Shown: positions 52,434 through 61,789 of the stretch, one piece after another | How positions within the stretch are numbered: the first letter of the stretch is position 1 | Layout of the letters: each line of letters starts with the position of its first letter | NCBI GenBank assembly: GCA_963796745.1 | Contig: CAWCMV010000004.1 | Location: 44,492-108,491, forward strand | Length of the DNA stretch: 64,000 nt | Origin: an uncultured Alphaproteobacteria bacterium | GTDB lineage: Bacteria > Pseudomonadota > Alphaproteobacteria > Sphingomonadales > Sphingomonadaceae | Reading direction: 5' to 3' | Notes under the pieces: generated by a model | The model's input: only the letters and a program-made list of their open reading frames with translations | Told to the model about the DNA's origin: nothing | Database searches by the model: none | Position numbers and translations under genes: made by a program

Positions 52434-53321
52434 ATGATTGAACCGGAGATGCTTGCGCGGATTACGGACGGCAAGGGCTTTATCGCCGCGCTTGACCAGA
52501 GCGGGGGGTCAACCCCCAAGGCGCTCAAAGGCTACGGCATTGAGGAAGGCGCCTGGTCCAGCGAAGAGGAAATGTTCGGCCTGATCCATGCGATGCGGGT
52601 GCGTATCGTGACCTCGCCCGCTTTCACCGGCGAAAAGGTGCTTGGCGCGATCCTGTTCGAACGCACGATGGATGGCCTGGCGGATGGCAAGCCGGTGCCC
52701 GCGCTGCTGCGCGAACGCGGGGTGGTGCCGTTCCTCAAGGTCGACAAGGGCCTTGAGGATGAAGCGGACGGGGTGCAGCTGATGAAGCCGATGCCTGATC
52801 TGGAAGCCCTGCTTGCGCGGGCCAGCGCGCTTGGCGTTGTCGGCACCAAGATGCGCTCGGTGATCAATGCGGCCAATCCGGCAGGCATTGCCGCGATCGT
52901 CGCCCAGCAATTCGCCGAAGGTAACCGGATCTGCGATGCCGGGCTGATGCCGATTCTCGAGCCTGAATATACCATCAAGGCCGCCGATCGCGCCGAGGGC
53001 GAAATTTTGCTGCGCGATGCGATTCTGCAGCAGCTCGGCGCGCTGCCCGAGGGCCGGCAGGTGATGCTCAAGCTTTCGATCCCGACTGAACCCAACCTCT
53101 ATCTGCCGCTGGTGCAGCATCCTGCGGTGGCGCGGGTGGTGGCGCTGTCTGGCGGGTTCAAGCGGCCCGAGGCCTGCGTCGAACTGGCCAAGAACAGCGG
53201 TATGATCGCCAGCTTCAGCCGCGCGCTGCTGGAAGATTTGCGCGCCGACATGAGCGATGCGGAATTCGACGCAGCGCTGGGCAGCGCGATTGATCATATT
53301 TGCGAGGCTTCGATCGCCTGA
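52434..53321 (+). CDS. Class I fructose-bisphosphate aldolase
   Basis: FIAALDQSGGSTPKAL, KVDKGL, GTKMRS, PILEPE, MLKL and VALSGG. Confidence 0.93.
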   Translation: MIEPEMLARITDGKGFIAALDQSGGSTPKALKGYGIEEGAWSSEEEMFGLIHAMRVRIVTSPAFTGEKVLGAILFERTMDGLADGKPVPALLRERGVVPFLKVDKGLEDEADGVQLMKPMPDLEALLARASALGVVGTKMRSVINAANPAGIAAIVAQQFAEGNRICDAGLMPILEPEYTIKAADRAEGEILLRDAILQQLGALPEGRQVMLKLSIPTEPNLYLPLVQHPAVARVVALSGGFKRPEACVELAKNSGMIASFSRALLEDLRADMSDAEFDAALGSAIDHICEASIA

Positions 53322-53322
53322 C

Positions 53323-53832
53323 ATGGCGCAACTGCGCTGGATCACGGTGAATGACCGGATGCAGCAGGGCTATCGCTATGCACTGGCAGCAGGCGTGGGC
53401 GAACAGTTCGATCCGCGCTTCGCCCCCGAAGTGACTCCCGCAGAAATGCTCGCTTTGGGGGTATTCGGCGGGCGCTATATGACCGATTGCCGGGATGAAT
53501 TCCCCGAAACATGGTTTGCCTCGGCGCAGCTATCGCCCGGCCGCGCCGATCCGGAGTGCAATCATTTCGGGATATTGGCCAGCCAGCCGCTCGCCGAATG
53601 GCGCCGCAAGGGCTGGATTCACGCAGATGATCCACGTGGCTGGTTCCAGTGGTATTGCCGCTATTTCATGGGCCGGCGGCATGAGGATGATGCGCGGCAA
53701 ATCACCCGCTGGCGGGCCTTTGCGCGCCATGCGGGGCAGATCCGCAAAAATTGCGAGCCGGGTGATCCCTTCTGCAGGCCGCGCCAGCGCCAGGCGCTGC
53801 TGCAATGGGCCTATGACAGCCGGGTAATGTAA
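53323..53832 (+). CDS. Conserved hypothetical protein (GWFQWYCRY family)
   Basis: 169 aa starting 1 bp after the aldolase stop; motifs TP.EML.LGVFGG.Y, DPRGWFQWYCRY.MGRR..DD.RQI.RW and RQALLQWAY. Confidence 0.8.
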   Translation: MAQLRWITVNDRMQQGYRYALAAGVGEQFDPRFAPEVTPAEMLALGVFGGRYMTDCRDEFPETWFASAQLSPGRADPECNHFGILASQPLAEWRRKGWIHADDPRGWFQWYCRYFMGRRHEDDARQITRWRAFARHAGQIRKNCEPGDPFCRPRQRQALLQWAYDSRVM

Positions 53833-53839
53833 ACCGGGC

Positions 53840-54214
53840 CTAGTTTCCGCCCTCAAAGGCAAAGCGATAGGCCTTCGTCTCGGTCGTTTGTCCGGCCATC
53901 TGTCCCGGCTCAACCGAAACCAGGGAAACCGTCGTGCCGTGGGTCGCATAGGGCTCGCCAAGGGTAAGCGGCGCGGTTTCCTTCCAGTCCGATCCTGCGA
54001 TGCTGGTGGAAACAATCGCCCGGCCGGCCCAGACACAGCGCGCGTTGATCGGGCAGCGGCTGTCCTCGACCACTTCAAGCGGGGTCACACTGAGCATGCC
54101 GACGCGGACCGGCTGACCCAGCGCGGCACTGGATCCTTCGGCAAGCGTTGCCTGCGGCACGGTGACACAGGCGGCGAGCAGCGCGGGGGCGAGCAGGGCG
54201 GGGGCAATACGCAT
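53840..54214 (-). CDS. Hypothetical lipoprotein
   Basis: Lipobox LLAAC; EDSRCP..ARCVWAG motif. Confidence 0.8.
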   Translation of the reverse strand: MRIAPALLAPALLAACVTVPQATLAEGSSAALGQPVRVGMLSVTPLEVVEDSRCPINARCVWAGRAIVSTSIAGSDWKETAPLTLGEPYATHGTTVSLVSVEPGQMAGQTTETKAYRFAFEGGN

Positions 54215-54222
54215 GGCGTGAT

Positions 54223-54248
54223 AATGCGCCAGCGGGCTGAACCGTTCC
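54223..54248 (-). promoter_or_regulatory. EcfG/SigT-like general stress promoter of the lipoprotein gene
   Basis: Minus strand GGAAC-N17-CATT ending 8 nt before the ATG at 54214. Confidence 0.5.
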
Positions 54249-54319
54249 GGAACGGCGCAGGATGAGGCCAGGCGTCACATCACTTGGCGGCAGGCCTCCG
54301 GGGCGATAGAGGCGCTGGC

Positions 54320-54961
54320 ATGTCTGCCAAATTGCCCCGCTGCCAATTATATCTGATTTCGCCGCTTGATGTCGGCGGGACGTTTCCCGAACGGCTCGCC
54401 CGTACGCTCGATGCCGGGCCGGTCGCGGCGTTCCAGTTCCGCGTGAAGGGGCTGGATGACCATGAGGCGGCGCGGCTGGCCGAACCGTTGCAGCGTATCT
54501 GTGCTGAGCGGGACGTGGCCTTTATCGTCAATGACAGCATCTCGCTGGCCAAGCGGCTCGGCGCTGACGGGGTTCATCTCGGCCAGAGTGACGGCGATGT
54601 ACAGGAAGCACGCGACGAGCTTGGCCGTGAGGCGCAGATCGGCGTGACCTGCCATGCGAGTCGCCACCGGGCGATGGAAGCGGGCGAGGCGGGCGCGGAT
54701 TATGTCGCCTTCGGCGCGTTTTTCCCGAGTTCAACCAAGCAGACCGAACATCATGCCGAACTGGAGCTGCTCGAATGGTGGCAGCAATTCTTCGAACTGC
54801 CCTGCGTGGCCATCGGCGGGATCACGCCTGAGAATTGCGCGCCGCTGATCGAGGCGGGGGCGGATTTCCTCGCGGTGTCGGGTTCGGTGTGGAATGGCGA
54901 TGAAGCGGCGGCGGTGCGGGCCTTCGCCGCGATCCTCAACCCTGACCGGAGCCCTGCCTGA
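54320..54961 (+). CDS. thiE: Thiamine-phosphate synthase
   Basis: QFRVK, FIVND, DGVHLGQ.D, DYVAFG.FF.S.TK and VAIGGI. Confidence 0.93.
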   Translation: MSAKLPRCQLYLISPLDVGGTFPERLARTLDAGPVAAFQFRVKGLDDHEAARLAEPLQRICAERDVAFIVNDSISLAKRLGADGVHLGQSDGDVQEARDELGREAQIGVTCHASRHRAMEAGEAGADYVAFGAFFPSSTKQTEHHAELELLEWWQQFFELPCVAIGGITPENCAPLIEAGADFLAVSGSVWNGDEAAAVRAFAAILNPDRSPA

Positions 54962-55310
54962 CGCAGCGCAGCCCGGTGGGCTGGCCCTTTTCATCGAGCT
55001 TTTTCAGATAGCGTTCGCCTTTCACGAGATAGCGATTGCCTTGATAGGGGCCGCTGGTCATCGTTACCATGTCGCCGCTGCGCAGATAGGTCCCGTTCTT
55101 ATTGCCCACCCAATATGCGGAGCCATTGGTTACGGTGAAGCCTTCTTCGGGCACCGGAATGCCGCGCTGGGTCGAGGCATCGCCGGGAGTTTCGCAGATA
55201 TAGCTGCCGCGTTGGAGCGTCGCGATACGTCCATTGGCGCTTGCCAGCGCTGGTGCGGCAAGCGCGATGAGCGCCATGCCCAATATTCCAAGAGTTCGCT
55301 TTTTCACCAT
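54936..55310 (-). CDS. Hypothetical exported protein
   Basis: Signal peptide, two Cys and G.Y.CE.PGDA motif; divergent from efp. Confidence 0.7.
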   Translation of the reverse strand: MVKKRTLGILGMALIALAAPALASANGRIATLQRGSYICETPGDASTQRGIPVPEEGFTVTNGSAYWVGNKNGTYLRSGDMVTMTSGPYQGNRYLVKGERYLKKLDEKGQPTGLRCVRQGSGQG

Positions 55311-55465
55311 GCTATCCTGCCGGGCGGCTAGCATGGGATGGGCGCGCTTGCCAAGCTTGCGGAGTGGGATCTTGGAACTGACGCAAGCCAGCCGCTTGCC
55401 GATCTCCGGTGCACAGGCTAGGGCGCGCGCTCAACACCATTCCTTCGTATTGAAAGCCTGACTCC

Positions 55466-56029
55466 ATGAAAATCAGTGGCGTGGATATCCGCCCCGGCAA
55501 CATCCTCGAATATGAGGGCGGCATCTGGAAAGTAGCGAAAATCCAGCACACCCAGCCTGGCAAAGGCGGTGCGTTCATGCAGGTCGAGATGAAGAACCTC
55601 ATCGACGGCCGCAAGACCAATGTGCGCTTCCGCAGCGCCGATACGGTTGAGCGGGTGCGGCTCGATACCAAGGACTTCCAGTTCCTGTTCGAAGATGGCG
55701 ATCAGCTTGTTTTCATGGACAAGGATAATTACGACCAGATTCAGCTTGCTTCTGACCTGCTGGGCGACGCCAGGGCGTTTTTGACCGACGGAATGGACGT
55801 AACGCTCGAATTATACGACGAACGCCCGATTAGCGTTCAGCTTCCTGAACAAGTCGAGGCCGTAATCGTCGAGGCCGATGCCGTGGTTAAGGGGCAAACC
55901 GCCAGCTCCAGCTACAAACCTGCGATTCTCGAAAACGGTGTGCGCGTTATGGTGCCGCCGCATATCGAAAGCGGGACGCGCATCGTGGTGGATGTTTATG
56001 CTCGAGAATATGTAAGAAAGGCCGATTGA
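55466..56029 (+). CDS. efp: Elongation factor P
   Basis: [16 protein letters not shown] and [11 protein letters not shown]. Confidence 0.97.
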   Translation: MKISGVDIRPGNILEYEGGIWKVAKIQHTQPGKGGAFMQVEMKNLIDGRKTNVRFRSADTVERVRLDTKDFQFLFEDGDQLVFMDKDNYDQIQLASDLLGDARAFLTDGMDVTLELYDERPISVQLPEQVEAVIVEADAVVKGQTASSSYKPAILENGVRVMVPPHIESGTRIVVDVYAREYVRKAD

Positions 56030-56031
56030 TC

Positions 56032-56427
56032 ATGAAAAAGCTCCTTCTCCTCGCTGCCGCTGCGACGCTGACGGCATCTGTCGCTCCTGCGCTTCAGGCT
56101 GCCGAAGCTGCCGCAAAGCCCGCCGCAGCCGCTGCGCCGAGCCCTGAAGAACAGGCCGCGTTCCAGCGCGCCGCGGTTATCATGCGCACCTTCATGATCG
56201 TGTTCCAGGGCAAGGATGTCCCGCAGCAGGTCAAGGGCAAGCTGCTCAGCTGCCTGTACAATAACAAGCTCAGCGCGATTACCGCAGCGACCAATGAGGC
56301 GCTGAAGAAGGACGCTACCTTCAAGGACAGCGATACTGCGGCGATCTATCGCACCGCAGCCGGCGTGTGCGGCCTGACGTTCAAGAAGACCGAGACCGCA
56401 GCAACGCCCGCAGCCAAGAAGAAGTAA
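56032..56427 (+). CDS. Hypothetical exported protein
   Basis: Signal peptide MKKLLLLAAAA.., Ala-rich linker and two Cys (LLSCLY, AGVCG). Confidence 0.7.
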   Translation: MKKLLLLAAAATLTASVAPALQAAEAAAKPAAAAAPSPEEQAAFQRAAVIMRTFMIVFQGKDVPQQVKGKLLSCLYNNKLSAITAATNEALKKDATFKDSDTAAIYRTAAGVCGLTFKKTETAATPAAKKK

Positions 56428-56498
56428 GCGACGCTGCCGGCAGTTTGGCTGCGGATCGGCGAGAAAGGCGTGGCCCCTGGCCGCGATGGACATAGAAG

Positions 56499-57320
56499 AT
56501 GGCGGCAGTATCTGGGCTCATTCGGGTAATGGAGCGCGCTGCCCGGCGTGCGGGTGGTCGGCTTCGCCGCGATTTCGGTGAGGTCGAGCATCTGCAGGTC
56601 AGCCGCAAGGGGCCGTCGGATTTCGTCTCCAAGGCGGATCAGGCGGCCGAGCGGACAATCTATGACGAATTGCTGCAGGCACGGCCCGACTGGGGTTTTC
56701 TGCTGGAAGAGGCCGGTGAAATCCCCGGTGATCCGACCAAGCCGCGCTGGGTGGTGGATCCGCTCGATGGAACCTCCAATTTCCTGCACGGCATTCCGCA
56801 TTTCGCGATCTCGATTGCGGTGCAGGAACCCAAGCTGGATGGTTCGGGCTGGGGCGAAGTCACCGCCGGGGTGGTCTATCAGCCGATCACCGATGAAACC
56901 TTCTGGGCGGAAAAGAACCGCGGTTCCTGGCTCAAGGACGGGCGGCTGAGGGTCTCCTCGCGCAGCCGCCTGGCCGATGCGCTGGTTGCTACCGGAATGC
57001 CCTATCAGGGGCATGGCAATTTCGAGGAATGGATCCGCATCTATCGCGAGATCGGCAGCCAGATCGCCGGAATTCGGCGCTTCGGCGCGGCCTCACTCGA
57101 TCTCGCCTGGGTCGCCGCCGGACGCTATGACGGTTTCTGGGAAAGCGGCCTTGCACCTTGGGATACGGCCGCCGGCTGCCTGCTGGTGCGCGAGGCGGGA
57201 GGCTTCGTCACCGATTTTCGTGGTCGCTCCCTGCCGATCTGCGACAGCCATATTCTGGCGGGCAACGATCCGCTGCATTCGCGCCTGCACAAGCTGCTGG
57301 TCGGCGCGCTGAAGGACTGA
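56499..57320 (+). CDS. suhB: Inositol monophosphatase family protein
   Basis: DFVSKAD, WVVDPLDGTSNF, RRFGAASLDL and WDTAAG. Confidence 0.92.
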   Translation: MAAVSGLIRVMERAARRAGGRLRRDFGEVEHLQVSRKGPSDFVSKADQAAERTIYDELLQARPDWGFLLEEAGEIPGDPTKPRWVVDPLDGTSNFLHGIPHFAISIAVQEPKLDGSGWGEVTAGVVYQPITDETFWAEKNRGSWLKDGRLRVSSRSRLADALVATGMPYQGHGNFEEWIRIYREIGSQIAGIRRFGAASLDLAWVAAGRYDGFWESGLAPWDTAAGCLLVREAGGFVTDFRGRSLPICDSHILAGNDPLHSRLHKLLVGALKD

Positions 57321-57400
57321 ATTTCGGGCCGGGTAAACAGCCCGCTTGATGCATCGGCGCAGCACGGCTAAGCCGCGCGGCGCTGCTTCCCCGGCGAGGG

Positions 57401-57486
57401 GCCCCTGTGGCGGAATTGGTAGACGCGATCGAACTCAAAATCGATTGCCGCAAGGCGTGCCCGTTCGAGTCGGGCCAGGGGCACCA
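57401..57486 (+). tRNA. tRNA-Leu(CAA) with an apparent 8-nt anticodon loop
   Basis: GCCCCTGTGGCGGAATTGGTAGACGCG-ATCGA-ACTCAAAA-TCGAT, long variable arm, GTTCGAGTC..GGGGCACCA. Confidence 0.9.
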
Positions 57487-57582
57487 TATTGGCGGGCGCA
57501 AACCGGTACGGCACGGACTATTGCCGGGCGAAACCCAAATGCGGGCTTCGTTTGCCGATGCAAGCTTGCTAGTCTGCCGGCA

Positions 57583-59379
57583 ATGATCGCCCTGCCGTCT
57601 TTCCACGCAATCGCGACCATTGTGCTGACCGTGGGCATGTTCGTCGCCTTCGCGCGCGGGCGGATGCCGGCAGAGATCGTCTCGCTGATGGTCATCGCGC
57701 TGATCGCGGTCGGGCTGTTCTTCTTTCCCCTGCCGCATACCGAGCCGACCGACGGGCTCAAGCTCGCCTTCTCCGGTTTCGGCCATTATGCGCTGATCAC
57801 CATTTGTGCGCTGATGATCATGGGCCGCGGGCTGGTGGTGACAGGCGCGCTCGATCCGGCGGCGCGGCTGCTGGCGCGGGTGTGGAAGATCAACACGCAA
57901 TTGGGCATGCTGGTTTCGCTGCTGCTGGCGCTGTTCCTCTCGATGATCGTCAATGACACGCCGGTTCTGGTGCTGCTGCTGCCAATCTTCGTACAGCTCG
58001 CCGCGCGCGGTGCGATGCCCGCTTCCAAGACGCTCATGCCACTCAACGCCGCAGTGCTGATCGGCGGGATGTCGACCACCATCGGCACCTCCACCAATCT
58101 GCTGGTGGTTTCGATCGCGCGCGATCTCGGCATGCCGCAGATGAATGTGTTCTATTTCACCCCGATCGTGCTGGCGGCGGCGGTGGTCGCGCTGCCCTAT
58201 CTCTGGCTGGTGATGCCCCGGCTGCTGCCCGATCACAGCAAGGAAGCGACGTTTGAGCCGCGCAGATTCACCGCTCGGCTGCGGATTCCGGAAGGTAGCG
58301 ACCTTGTCGGCAAGACAATCGGTCAGGCCAGCCAGCGCCTGCCGCAAGGGTTCAGTTTCGACGAAAGCCCGGATATCCTGCTTGAGGCCGGGCACCGGCT
58401 GCGGGTTTCAGGCACGCATGAAGGGCTGGAGGAAGCGATTCGCCTGCTCAAGGGCCAGGTCGCGCCGGGCTGGGTGCTTGACCGGATCGAGCGCGAGGCG
58501 CGCAGCGGCGGCGAAGATGTGATGGTGGTGGAGATGGCGGTAACGGCGGATTCGCGCCTCATCGGCCGGACCCTGGCGACATCTGGCATCGCCGATCTTT
58601 ATACCACTGCCGTGATCGGGATACACAAGCTGCGCCGGCTGATCGGGCCGGTGCAGGTCAATCCCAATGCCGATCTGCAGATAGCCGAAGGCGATGTGCT
58701 GCTGGCCATGGGCCTGACTGGAAATCTGCAGGACTTTGCCCAGAATGACGGGCTGTTGATGCTCGACGGCGCGCGCGAAGTTCCGCGCCGCTCAAAGGCG
58801 CTGCTGTCGCTGGGGATCATGTTTGGCACGATTGCACTGGCCTCGGCGGGTCTGCTCCCGATCGCGATCTCGGCGCTGGCCGGGGCGATCCTGATGTTCA
58901 TCACCGGCTGCGTGAAGTTTGACCGGGTCGGCCGGGCGCTCTCGGCCAAGGTCATCGTGCTGGTCGCCGCGAGCCTAGCCATCGGTCAGCTGGTGCTCGA
59001 CAGCGGCGCTGCGTCATGGCTGGGCGAGCTGATGGCTTCCGGGCTGCAATATCTCCCGCCCGCAGCGATTCTGGCGACGATCATGCTGTTCGTGACGCTG
59101 ATGACCAATTTCGCGTCCAACGCCACGGCCGCCACCATTGGCACGCCCATCGCCTTCAATATCGCCAGCCAGCTCGGCCTGCCGCAGGAGCCGTTGATCC
59201 TGGCGGTGCTGTTCGGCTGCAACCTGTGCTATGCCACTCCGATCGCTTACCAGACCAATATGCTGATCATGGGCGAGGGCAATTATACCTTCGCCGATTA
59301 TATGCGCACCGGGGTTCCGCTGGTGCTTTTGATGGTGGTGACACTGTCGCTGCTGCTGGTGTTCACCTACGGAATGTAG
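57583..59379 (+). CDS. SLC13/DASS family permease with TrkA-C domains
   Basis: Many TM segments; NDTPV, TTIGTSTNLLV, central soluble TrkA-C region, SNATAA and TPIAYQTN. Confidence 0.9.
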   Translation: MIALPSFHAIATIVLTVGMFVAFARGRMPAEIVSLMVIALIAVGLFFFPLPHTEPTDGLKLAFSGFGHYALITICALMIMGRGLVVTGALDPAARLLARVWKINTQLGMLVSLLLALFLSMIVNDTPVLVLLLPIFVQLAARGAMPASKTLMPLNAAVLIGGMSTTIGTSTNLLVVSIARDLGMPQMNVFYFTPIVLAAAVVALPYLWLVMPRLLPDHSKEATFEPRRFTARLRIPEGSDLVGKTIGQASQRLPQGFSFDESPDILLEAGHRLRVSGTHEGLEEAIRLLKGQVAPGWVLDRIEREARSGGEDVMVVEMAVTADSRLIGRTLATSGIADLYTTAVIGIHKLRRLIGPVQVNPNADLQIAEGDVLLAMGLTGNLQDFAQNDGLLMLDGAREVPRRSKALLSLGIMFGTIALASAGLLPIAISALAGAILMFITGCVKFDRVGRALSAKVIVLVAASLAIGQLVLDSGAASWLGELMASGLQYLPPAAILATIMLFVTLMTNFASNATAATIGTPIAFNIASQLGLPQEPLILAVLFGCNLCYATPIAYQTNMLIMGEGNYTFADYMRTGVPLVLLMVVTLSLLLVFTYGM

Positions 59380-59460
59380 CCTGGCTGCGAATGACGCTGG
59401 CAAGCGGCCCATTTTGGCGATAGCTACGCTTCGGGGACGAGAAAACCGGGGGGTTATTCC

Positions 59461-60213
59461 ATGCGTAAACTTGCCATGTTTGTGGCGGCAACGGCCTTGA
59501 TCTTCGGATCGGTGGGCCACGCCGAAACCGACACGCCCGATATCTATTCGAAAGACGGGGTAACCGGGCCAAGCTTCAGCCGCTCGACCCAATGTGCGGC
59601 GATCTGGGTGCTGACGGCGCAGATGTATGGCGCCGCCGGCGATGGCTATACCAGTTCGATCAAGCAGGGGACGGCATGGCTGCTGTGGGCGGGCCGGGTG
59701 GCCGAAGGCAAGGACGCGACCGCCGAAATGAATCGCCGCAAGGAGGCCATCACCGCGCGCACTGCGAAGCTCGACAATGACGCCTATAACGGAGAGATCG
59801 CCAAGGAGATCAAATCCTGCAATGTGGTGCGCAACATGTTCGGCGAAATCGAGCCCTTCGCCAGCGTGTTCAAAGACACGGTGGCGCAGAGCGGGAATTC
59901 AGTCGAAAGCAATACGCCTGACATCATGGGCGCGGCCGATTGCATGACCAATTTCGCCGTTGTCGCGGAAATCATCGGCGAGGATGCGGAAAACTACAGC
60001 TTCTACAATGAAGGCTCTGACCACTGGTACCAATATGCGATCTCGCTGAAGGGACAGAAAGAGGCCGACCGCATCATCATCGAGCGCGCCAAGGCCATGG
60101 GTGACAGCTATACCGCCCTGCTCAAGAGCGATCAGGACGCAGGCCTGAAGAAGATCGATGACGATTCGGTCCGCTGCGTTGAGCTGTCCAAGACGATTCC
60201 CGACTATTTCTGA
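59461..60213 (+). CDS. Hypothetical exported protein with an internal duplication
   Basis: Signal peptide, then two ~80-aa helical units each bounded by Cys with a central G..W motif. Confidence 0.75.
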   Translation: MRKLAMFVAATALIFGSVGHAETDTPDIYSKDGVTGPSFSRSTQCAAIWVLTAQMYGAAGDGYTSSIKQGTAWLLWAGRVAEGKDATAEMNRRKEAITARTAKLDNDAYNGEIAKEIKSCNVVRNMFGEIEPFASVFKDTVAQSGNSVESNTPDIMGAADCMTNFAVVAEIIGEDAENYSFYNEGSDHWYQYAISLKGQKEADRIIIERAKAMGDSYTALLKSDQDAGLKKIDDDSVRCVELSKTIPDYF

Positions 60214-60403
60214 CCCCTTGCGGGCGCGCTGATCCCGGCAGAGGGCCGCACACCGGCGCGCCCACAGGGTAAATTGGCAATAAAGGCTGGAATCTCCGCA
60301 TTTCAGCCAGTTGCTGTGCGGGCTGTAAAGTTTACCGACATTTCATCTCTCGCCGCTAATCCGGCCGGGTCCGCATCGGAGCGGACGCTGGCTGAATTGA
60401 GCG

Positions 60404-61789
60404 ATGATCCGACTGTTCAAACATTACATACCGCATGCGGTGCTGTTGCTGGGCCTGTTCGATTTCGGACTGCTGGTCGCGGCAGGCGAGCTGGCGTGGA
60501 AATTGCGCGCCAACCAGATCGGCATCGATATCGGTCCCTTTGCCGAGCGGGTGCATATGTTGAGCGGGGCCGCGCTGGTGGTGCTCACCGCGATGATCTC
60601 GGTTGGCGTCTATGGCGCGGATTCGCTGCGCTCCCTGCGCTATGCCGGCGCGCGGTTGCTGGTGGCGGTAAGCCTGGGCATCATCGCCCTGACATTCATC
60701 GATTTCATCGTCCCGGGGCAGACCTTCTGGCGTTCCACGCTGGCTTACGCGATGGGGCTTTCGATTGTCCTGCTGATGCTCAACCGGCTGATCGTCGGCG
60801 GCATCCTGGGCGCTTCGGCCTTTCGCAGGCGGGTGCTGGTGCTGGGCGCGGGCCAATGGGCGCAGCGCCTGCGCGAGCTCAGCCTGCGGCCTGAAAGCGG
60901 CTTCGTGATCGTTGGCTATATCGCGATGAGCGACAAGCCCAAGGTGGTCGAGGAAGCGATTGCACGCTCGGCGATCCACGATCTCAATCGCTTTGTCGAA
61001 AATCTCGGCGCGAGCGAAGTCGTGCTCGCGCTGGAAGAGCGGCGCAATGCGCTCCCGCTCAAGGATCTGCTCCGGATCAAGACGGCGGGCGTTCATGTGA
61101 ACGATTTCTCCAGCTTTCTTGAGCGTGAGACCGGCCGTGTCGATCTCGATACGCTCAATCCCTCATGGCTGATCTTTTCGGACGGATTTTCCTCAGGGCG
61201 GGCCGTGTCCAGCGTCGCCAAGCGCCTGTTCGATATTCTTGCGAGCGGGATTCTGCTCGGGCTGACCTTTCCGCTGATTTTGCTGTTTGCCCTGCTGGTG
61301 AAGCTCGACAGCCGTGGGCCCGCATTTTTCCGTCAGACGCGGGTGGGTCTCTATGGCCAGCCCTTCGAGGTGATCAAGCTGCGCTCCATGCGCACCGACG
61401 CAGAATGCAATGGCGCGCAATTCGCCCAGACCGACGACCCGCGGGTGACCCGCGTCGGGCGCTTCATCCGCAAGGTCCGGATCGATGAGCTGCCGCAGAC
61501 CTGGAGCGTGCTCAAGGGCGAGATGAGCTTTGTCGGGCCGCGCCCCGAACGGCCGCAATTCGTTGACGAACTGGAGAAGGACCTGCCCTATTATGCGGAG
61601 CGCCACATGGTGAAGCCGGGGATCACCGGCTGGGCGCAGGTCAATTTCCCCTATGGCGCATCGCTCGACGATTCGCGCCAGAAGCTCGAATTTGATCTCT
61701 ATTATGCCAAGAATTACACTCCGTTTCTGGATCTGCTGATCCTGCTGCAAACGCTGCGCGTGGTCCTGTGGTATGAGGGCGCGCGCTGA
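60404..61789 (+). CDS. PEP-CTERM/XrtA system-associated priming sugar transferase (TIGR03013-like)
   Basis: MIRLFKHY N-terminus; KRLFD, KLRSM, DPRVT, RIDELPQ, MSFVGPRPE and KPGITGWAQ; directly upstream of prsK. Confidence 0.9.
   Translation: MIRLFKHYIPHAVLLLGLFDFGLLVAAGELAWKLRANQIGIDIGPFAERVHMLSGAALVVLTAMISVGVYGADSLRSLRYAGARLLVAVSLGIIALTFIDFIVPGQTFWRSTLAYAMGLSIVLLMLNRLIVGGILGASAFRRRVLVLGAGQWAQRLRELSLRPESGFVIVGYIAMSDKPKVVEEAIARSAIHDLNRFVENLGASEVVLALEERRNALPLKDLLRIKTAGVHVNDFSSFLERETGRVDLDTLNPSWLIFSDGFSSGRAVSSVAKRLFDILASGILLGLTFPLILLFALLVKLDSRGPAFFRQTRVGLYGQPFEVIKLRSMRTDAECNGAQFAQTDDPRVTRVGRFIRKVRIDELPQTWSVLKGEMSFVGPRPERPQFVDELEKDLPYYAERHMVKPGITGWAQVNFPYGASLDDSRQKLEFDLYYAKNYTPFLDLLILLQTLRVVLWYEGAR

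Noticed and set aside
54215-54319. TPP riboswitch upstream of thiE
   Set aside because: The conserved CTGAGA and downstream core elements are not recognisable in the short leader.
44368-57486. tRNA-anchored genomic islands at tRNA-Pro, tRNA-Asp or tRNA-Leu
   Set aside because: No integrase, no duplicated tRNA 3' end that I could find, and the flanks are core genes with host-like composition.
57346-57582. N-terminal extension of the SLC13 ORF across tRNA-Leu
   Set aside because: It overlaps a real tRNA gene; the hydrophobic transporter sequence begins at the Met at 57583.
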